This document shows, in pieces, positions 16,114-20,000 of a stretch of DNA of 20,000 nt. Both the position numbers and the translations under genes were made by a program. The notes beneath the pieces were generated by a model, which worked only from the letters and a program-made list of their open reading frames with translations, did no database searches and had not been told where the DNA came from. The first letter of the stretch is position 1. Each line of letters starts with the position of its first letter. The stretch comes from an uncultured virus (IMG/VR IMGVR_UViG_3300035698_015449) (lineage: Duplodnaviria > Heunggongvirae > Uroviricota > Caudoviricetes), in the IMG/VR virus record IMGVR_UViG_3300035698_015449. One strand, written 5' to 3'.

Positions 16114-16476
16114 TGGTGGAAGCGGGGGGGTTCGAACCCCCGTGTTGTACGAGAATTAACATAATCTCATTCACATGCTTAGTTGATTGATTAAGGATCT
16201 AACAACAAATCCTTCTCAGTTCTTGTCCTGAGTTGCAAACTGTCTTGCCAGCTTGTCAGGTTTCTAAAGGCTTTCACCACTTGCCACCTTGTAAATGACG
16301 TTACTAGGGGTTACTAAGACTATCTCACCCTGTTCTCGGGTTGCTTTATTTAAGCAGCCATTGCTAAACGTGTTTCGCCGTTTATTGCGTTTTCATGGAA
16401 TATTAAAGAGGCCAACCATGATCCTCTGCATGCGACTATATCTATTCATTCGCCAATCGATACCAAATTCGCTCCC
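16114..16476 (-). ncRNA. ssrA: tmRNA (363 nt), tag peptide (A)GETRLAMAA
   Basis: Acceptor stem GGGAGCG/CGCTTCC with G3:U, discriminator A and encoded CCA; T arm GGGGG-TTCGAAC-CCCCC; pk1 stems AGAGG/CCTCT and TCATGG/CCATGA; ATAAAC then GGC GAA ACA CGT TTA GCA ATG GCT GCT TAA (16379-16350). Confidence 0.95.
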
Positions 16477-17216
16477 TTTTTTATTTTACTGGGTTTTTCA
16501 GCCCATTCCTTTAGTTTATCCAATTTGTATTTATAGCAAACCGGCCATTTAAAATTAAGCAATCCTTCTGCAATTTTTGACTTATTGGTAACATTACTTT
16601 TTATATATATGCTATGATCTTTGGTAATAGTGGCAGTTAATCCGTAATTCCCCAATTTCTTAATTAATATTTCCAAAGAGGATTTGTCAAATCCCATCGT
16701 GCATATCTTGAAACTTCCCCGTTCTATATTCCCATCGCCCAACAACCAGTGCGACAAAACCTCATCGTCTATTTCCAATTCATCAGGAACATGCTTTTTA
16801 CCATTAATATACCATTTTTTTCTTAGTCCCTTAAAATTTGAACGAGTCGCCAGAAGAGTTCTATCATAATAGTTACCAGTTCTTTTTTCAAGCCTGTGAT
16901 CATCCCACAAATTAACGTGAATCCCCAATTTACCAAATTTACTTTTTAAAAAATCGGCGTATTCTCTATATTTGGTGGTATGTGCGTACTTCCCTCCTAA
17001 TCCAATAGACCCATCTCCCAATAATTCTCCAATAATCCAATTTGGGGTTTTTTCACATTGTTTAGCCTTAATCCTATTCCTTTTTAGATTTAAAGATTCA
17101 GATTTTTTTTGTATAGATTTCCAAGTTCTTTCAGGAAATAATTTAAGAACATCACTCTTTTTGAATTCTCCCCACACCTTACATAAAAGATCAGTTTGAC
17201 GCCCATCCCATTTCAT
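16446..17216 (-). CDS. Free-standing LAGLIDADG endonuclease with N-terminal Myb/HTH-like region (HEG5); overlaps the tmRNA 5' end
   Basis: WIIGELLGDGSI, HWLLGDG, ICTMGF; last 31 nt lie inside the tmRNA. Confidence 0.88.
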   Translation of the reverse strand: MKWDGRQTDLLCKVWGEFKKSDVLKLFPERTWKSIQKKSESLNLKRNRIKAKQCEKTPNWIIGELLGDGSIGLGGKYAHTTKYREYADFLKSKFGKLGIHVNLWDDHRLEKRTGNYYDRTLLATRSNFKGLRKKWYINGKKHVPDELEIDDEVLSHWLLGDGNIERGSFKICTMGFDKSSLEILIKKLGNYGLTATITKDHSIYIKSNVTNKSKIAEGLLNFKWPVCYKYKLDKLKEWAEKPSKIKKGANLVSIGE

Positions 17217-17218
17217 AC

Positions 17219-17268
17219 TACCCCCATTTTTGGAGATAACATTCTTTCAAAAACGTTTATTATCCTTC
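17219..17268 (-). promoter_or_regulatory. SigmaH-like promoter plus RBS-occluding hairpin for HEG5
   Basis: GAAGGA-N18-GAATGT; stem TATCTCCA-AAAA-TGGGGGTA (two G:U pairs) burying the GGGGG RBS. Confidence 0.72.
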
Positions 17269-17279
17269 TTTTTCTTTGA

Positions 17280-17300
17280 AATCGATACCTTTGCGTCCCC
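17280..17300 (-). pseudogene. Orphan tmRNA 5'-end fragment (GGGGACGCAAAGGTATCGATT)
   Basis: Typical tmRNA 5' sequence; shares GGTATCGATT with the intact copy (16464-16455); begins 13 nt after a -10 box. Confidence 0.75.
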
Positions 17301-17313
17301 ATTTGTTACTAAT

Positions 17314-17342
17314 ACTATACCAGAAAACAGTCCTAGAATCAA
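17314..17342 (-). promoter_or_regulatory. Sigma70-type promoter for the tmRNA locus
   Basis: TTGATT-N17-TATAGT with an extended TGn. Confidence 0.75.
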
Positions 17343-17351
17343 GTACATTCT

Positions 17352-17819
17352 TTACCCCTTACTGTTTCCGAAAAACTTCTTTACGTAAGTGCTTAAACCA
17401 AAGACCCTTACGCCACAATAATATGTTCTCGCCAATTTAAAATCTGATCGCTTTAACACATCATAAAACATTCTGTCTGTGAATTTCCTAACTCTGTATA
17501 GGCTAATCCCTGAATCTTCATGCGTTTTACACAAATACTGATACACGTAGTCATGTAGGAGTGAAGCGTTAAGCGTATCAGTGTAACGATATTCGCTCGT
17601 CAATATCTTAGGCATCCATATTTTAGGTTCAATCGTCTTCCCTTGCCATACGTTGCCCGAACATCCATCCCAAGCATATCCTTTGCCCAAGAGAATTTCA
17701 TCTTTAGTGATTATGCCTCGTTCAGTAACCAATCTTTTAACGTGCTTCAAGAGAGGGGAACAATCATAAGCATAACTGAAATCCTCTCTAAGAATGTATT
17801 TGTAAACTCCTTTTTTCAT
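17352..17819 (-). CDS. DUF1353-like protein
   Basis: GYAWDGCSG...ASLLHDYVYQ...TDRMFYDVL...YYCGVRVFG pattern. Confidence 0.7.
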   Translation of the reverse strand: MKKGVYKYILREDFSYAYDCSPLLKHVKRLVTERGIITKDEILLGKGYAWDGCSGNVWQGKTIEPKIWMPKILTSEYRYTDTLNASLLHDYVYQYLCKTHEDSGISLYRVRKFTDRMFYDVLKRSDFKLARTYYCGVRVFGLSTYVKKFFGNSKG

Positions 17820-17825
17820 ACAGTG

Positions 17826-17855
17826 TAGTTCAAAAAGAGAAAAATAGATTCCTGC
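17826..17855 (-). promoter_or_regulatory. Sixth sigmaH-like promoter, probably giving a leaderless mRNA
   Basis: GCAGGA-N18-GAACTA; the A of the ATG is the 7th nt after the hexamer; no SD sequence. Confidence 0.65.
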
Positions 17856-18256
17856 TACACTTTCTCCAAAGGTTCCTTTTCGTATTCAACCTTAGAGACT
17901 TCAAACCCATGTTTTTTAGCCAAGCGTCTCAGGTCTTTAATCTCTTTAGCTTTTACCTGTTTCTTCCGTTTCTCTTTCATGCGCTTTTGATACTCTTTAT
18001 CACGTTTTTCTGTAAGGAACTCTCGGTCAGTCATGGGCCTTCTCCCCGTAATGAATGCTTGACGGGAATCACTATACCAGCTCCTACCTGTATCGGGAAC
18101 ATATGGATGAAACTCAATATCCTTCCACCCTGCATCTTTCAACGTTTCTATCTGACCCTGAACTCTAGCCGCAGAGTCCATCCTCCCCATGCCAAGTTCA
18201 TCTGTTACGTATTTTTTTCTTGCCATAACCATACTCCTTCTCTTGAACTTCGCCAT
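17855..18256 (-). CDS. Hypothetical basic protein
   Basis: 133-aa ORF; the real start may be a downstream ATG after AAGGAG. Confidence 0.65.
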   Translation of the reverse strand: MAKFKRRSMVMARKKYVTDELGMGRMDSAARVQGQIETLKDAGWKDIEFHPYVPDTGRSWYSDSRQAFITGRRPMTDREFLTEKRDKEYQKRMKEKRKKQVKAKEIKDLRRLAKKHGFEVSKVEYEKEPLEKV

Positions 18257-18404
18257 GAGTAAGGACTTCTAACCCACAGTATTCTTCGAAAACTTTACCG
18301 CATTTCCAACAAGGCCACTTTACGTTTCCGTTAGGCGTTTCTCTTCCAACTAAGTCCTTGTAGTCGAATTTATGGCTACACGTCTTTCGTTTGAACCAAC
18401 TCAT
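18198..18404 (-). CDS. Small hypothetical protein (CSH...CWKC)
   Basis: 68 aa, GAGGA RBS, ATGA coupling with the upstream gene. Confidence 0.6.
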   Translation of the reverse strand: MSWFKRKTCSHKFDYKDLVGRETPNGNVKWPCWKCGKVFEEYCGLEVLTHGEVQEKEYGYGKKKIRNR

Positions 18405-19033
18405 GCGTTCCTCACCATTTCTTCAAGATCTCGTTTAAATGGAAGCAACATATACTTGAAGTCATTCCACTTTACATGTTTCGACTCGTCAATGTCTCTC
18501 CATCGACTATTACACTCTGAGAAATCGTAAATGTTGCCCTCGCTCAATATCTGATCTGCGAACATAAGAATCCTCAATGAATGCCAAAGACTCTTCATGC
18601 CTCTATACATATCTCCGTCATTGATCATACGCTTACCACGCATCCATGAGCTATGAGACTCCGAAAGAGCCGATCTCATAAGTTTGTGTCTTACAATAGT
18701 AACATCTTTGAAAGATTCCTTCTCTTTTAGCTTGGCAAATTCAGGAGCGAAGACGCATTCCATCGTATACATCTTGTGACCCCGCAGTTCATCTTGAAAA
18801 ATATCAGGAGTCTTCGTATGTACGTTGTAGGTTCCGTCATGAAACTCTCTGTGAGCATCAAGACTACATCCTATTACCATAACATCGAAATCAGACGAAT
18901 GGTTGTTTGTCCCATATACCTGAGAGCCGTAGAGATAGATGCATTGAATTCTATGTTCAGGAATTTTGCACAAATCTACGATACGCTGTCTGTCAAGTAT
19001 AGGGGGATTTAAAGATACCGCTGAATAACTCAT
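18401..19033 (-). CDS. Pol-beta superfamily nucleotidyltransferase with helical C-terminal domain
   Basis: IYLYGSQVYGTNNHSSDFDVMVI (hG[GS]...DxD motif); KSLWHSLRIL helix. Confidence 0.8.
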   Translation of the reverse strand: MSYSAVSLNPPILDRQRIVDLCKIPEHRIQCIYLYGSQVYGTNNHSSDFDVMVIGCSLDAHREFHDGTYNVHTKTPDIFQDELRGHKMYTMECVFAPEFAKLKEKESFKDVTIVRHKLMRSALSESHSSWMRGKRMINDGDMYRGMKSLWHSLRILMFADQILSEGNIYDFSECNSRWRDIDESKHVKWNDFKYMLLPFKRDLEEMVRNA

Positions 19034-19377
19034 TTTTCGCTTTCGACAGGCCCGACTTTAACAACTTCAACCTGCAAAGGGCCGTTGCCATATTCTTCTT
19101 CACTACCGTACTGCTTTTTGAAGTCTGCTTTGCATTGATTTGCAAATTTCTTAGTAAGGAATACCTGTGGAGGGCCACCATAATCATGCCAACAGTAATT
19201 CCACTCTTCCGCATCCCATACATGTCCTCGATACCTAACAATATACCAAGGTGGTTTGGCTGGCGCTGTACTATTGAATCCACAACCTTCTTTTCGGCAG
19301 AATTCCATCGATCCACCACGCCAATGAATAATATGTGTTTTATCCCCTTTAGGTTTCATTTCTTCCCATTCTTCCAT
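19030..19377 (-). CDS. Hypothetical protein
   Basis: 115 aa, GGGGG RBS, coupled to the downstream gene. Confidence 0.65.
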   Translation of the reverse strand: MEEWEEMKPKGDKTHIIHWRGGSMEFCRKEGCGFNSTAPAKPPWYIVRYRGHVWDAEEWNYCWHDYGGPPQVFLTKKFANQCKADFKKQYGSEEEYGNGPLQVEVVKVGPVESEK

Positions 19378-19380
19378 AAT

Positions 19381-19635
19381 TTACCCCACTACATACTCAA
19401 ACCCGCCATCAGGAAGGTCTGTGTCGCCTTTAGAAATAGTTTCAAATCGTCTTGCTGCTTCGTACAGGATAGGCCAAACGCACTTCTCCATCATATCGGC
19501 AGGCTTAACCTCTGCCTGTTCCATCTTCACCAAAGAATCTGTCATGGTACGTAAAGCATTCGTAGCTATTGTGCAACGAAGTTCTTTTGGGTCAACCTCG
19601 CCGCCCAAGATTGGTATGCCTTTATCCGTTTCCAT
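19381..19635 (-). CDS. Hypothetical protein
   Basis: Likely start ATG 19635 (METDKGIPIL), immediately after the upstream stop. Confidence 0.65.
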   Translation of the reverse strand: METDKGIPILGGEVDPKELRCTIATNALRTMTDSLVKMEQAEVKPADMMEKCVWPILYEAARRFETISKGDTDLPDGGFEYVVG

Positions 19636-19636
19636 A

Positions 19637-19870
19637 TTAACCTTTGTACGCTGAGTTGTAAGAGATCCAAGTACAAGCATTACAAGCTCTGCAAATGTAG
19701 CCCACCGCACCGCCCGAATCAGTGTCAAATGACTTCCAAACGCCTTCTTTACAGTACGGACAGTCACCGTGGTTCCAAGACTTACGCTCTGCACTTATCG
19801 CCCACAAACACATGCTTAACATAAAGACAAGCATCCCTACTCCAAAGAATACTCCAAAAACTTCAATCAT
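19637..19870 (-). CDS. Small membrane-anchored zinc-ribbon protein
   Basis: Start ATG 19870 after GGGAG; TM segment, then CPYC...DSGGAVGYICRAC. Confidence 0.65.
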   Translation of the reverse strand: MIEVFGVFFGVGMLVFMLSMCLWAISAERKSWNHGDCPYCKEGVWKSFDTDSGGAVGYICRACNACTWISYNSAYKG

Positions 19871-20000
19871 TTTAGCTCCCTTTTTACTTGTCTCCAACGA
19901 TAAACCATGATGTTCTTTAGATATGTGATCATTTTCTCAGGCATACCGCTTTCGTCAATCGTCTTTGTAATGTCGGTATGAAATAGACAAGCTAGATTCC
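19867..20000 (-). CDS. 3' end of a hypothetical gene entering from beyond the window
   Basis: Open frame NLACLFHTDITK...RWRQVKRELK* ending in an ATGA overlap with the next gene. Confidence 0.55.
   Translation of the reverse strand, partial: NLACLFHTDITKTIDESGMPEKMITYLKNIMVYRWRQVKRELK

Noticed and set aside
16114..16190. tRNA gene suggested by the T arm and CCA
   Set aside because: No D or anticodon arm at tRNA distance; the matching acceptor strand is 363 nt away with a tag ORF between, so it is tmRNA.
16455..17289. Self-splicing intron in the tmRNA joining the 17300 5' end to the body
   Set aside because: The interval is almost all HEG coding sequence plus its promoter, and the downstream 5' end already pairs better with the acceptor 3' strand.
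10424..19794. Alternative-frame or extended minus-strand ORFs (10424-10606, 13067-13303, 18993-19319, and 5' extensions to 10739, 14997, 15782 and 19794)
   Set aside because: They are nested in better genes or extend through promoters and upstream genes; internal starts with RBS or stop-start coupling fit better.
55..19910. Plus-strand ORFs other than UDG (e.g. 1699-2058, 3673-4353, 16295-16552, 19135-19554)
   Set aside because: They are antisense shadows of well-supported minus-strand genes or the tmRNA, with no recognisable motifs.
1..20000. CRISPR array, IS element or stop-codon recoding
   Set aside because: No regularly spaced repeats or transposase catalytic domain were seen, and TAA, TAG and TGA all terminate full-length genes under the standard code.

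Overview
AT-rich, gene-dense window, almost entirely on the minus strand, that reads like the replication, nucleotide and RNA-metabolism region of a large (jumbo-type) bacteriophage; the phage origin is inferred from gene content. Main results: (1) DNA polymerase III alpha (dnaE) is fractured into three separately translated ORFs that can only be rejoined by two different split inteins, with a free-standing endonuclease gene in each break. (2) An intact 363-nt tmRNA (tag GETRLAMAA) has its 5' end overlapped by a LAGLIDADG endonuclease ORF, and an orphan tmRNA 5'-end relic sits next to the promoter. (3) All five free-standing homing-endonuclease genes (HEGs) share an upstream cassette: an exactly spaced AGG-N19-GAA sigmaH-like promoter followed by a hairpin over or around the ribosome-binding site. 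Also present are a probable SSB (partial), thymidylate kinase, Thg1-like protein, family-4 UDG, SpoU/TrmH methylase, an NDT-like protein, a DUF1353-like protein, a Pol-beta nucleotidyltransferase and many small hypothetical genes. All family calls come from motif recognition by eye; no database search was run.
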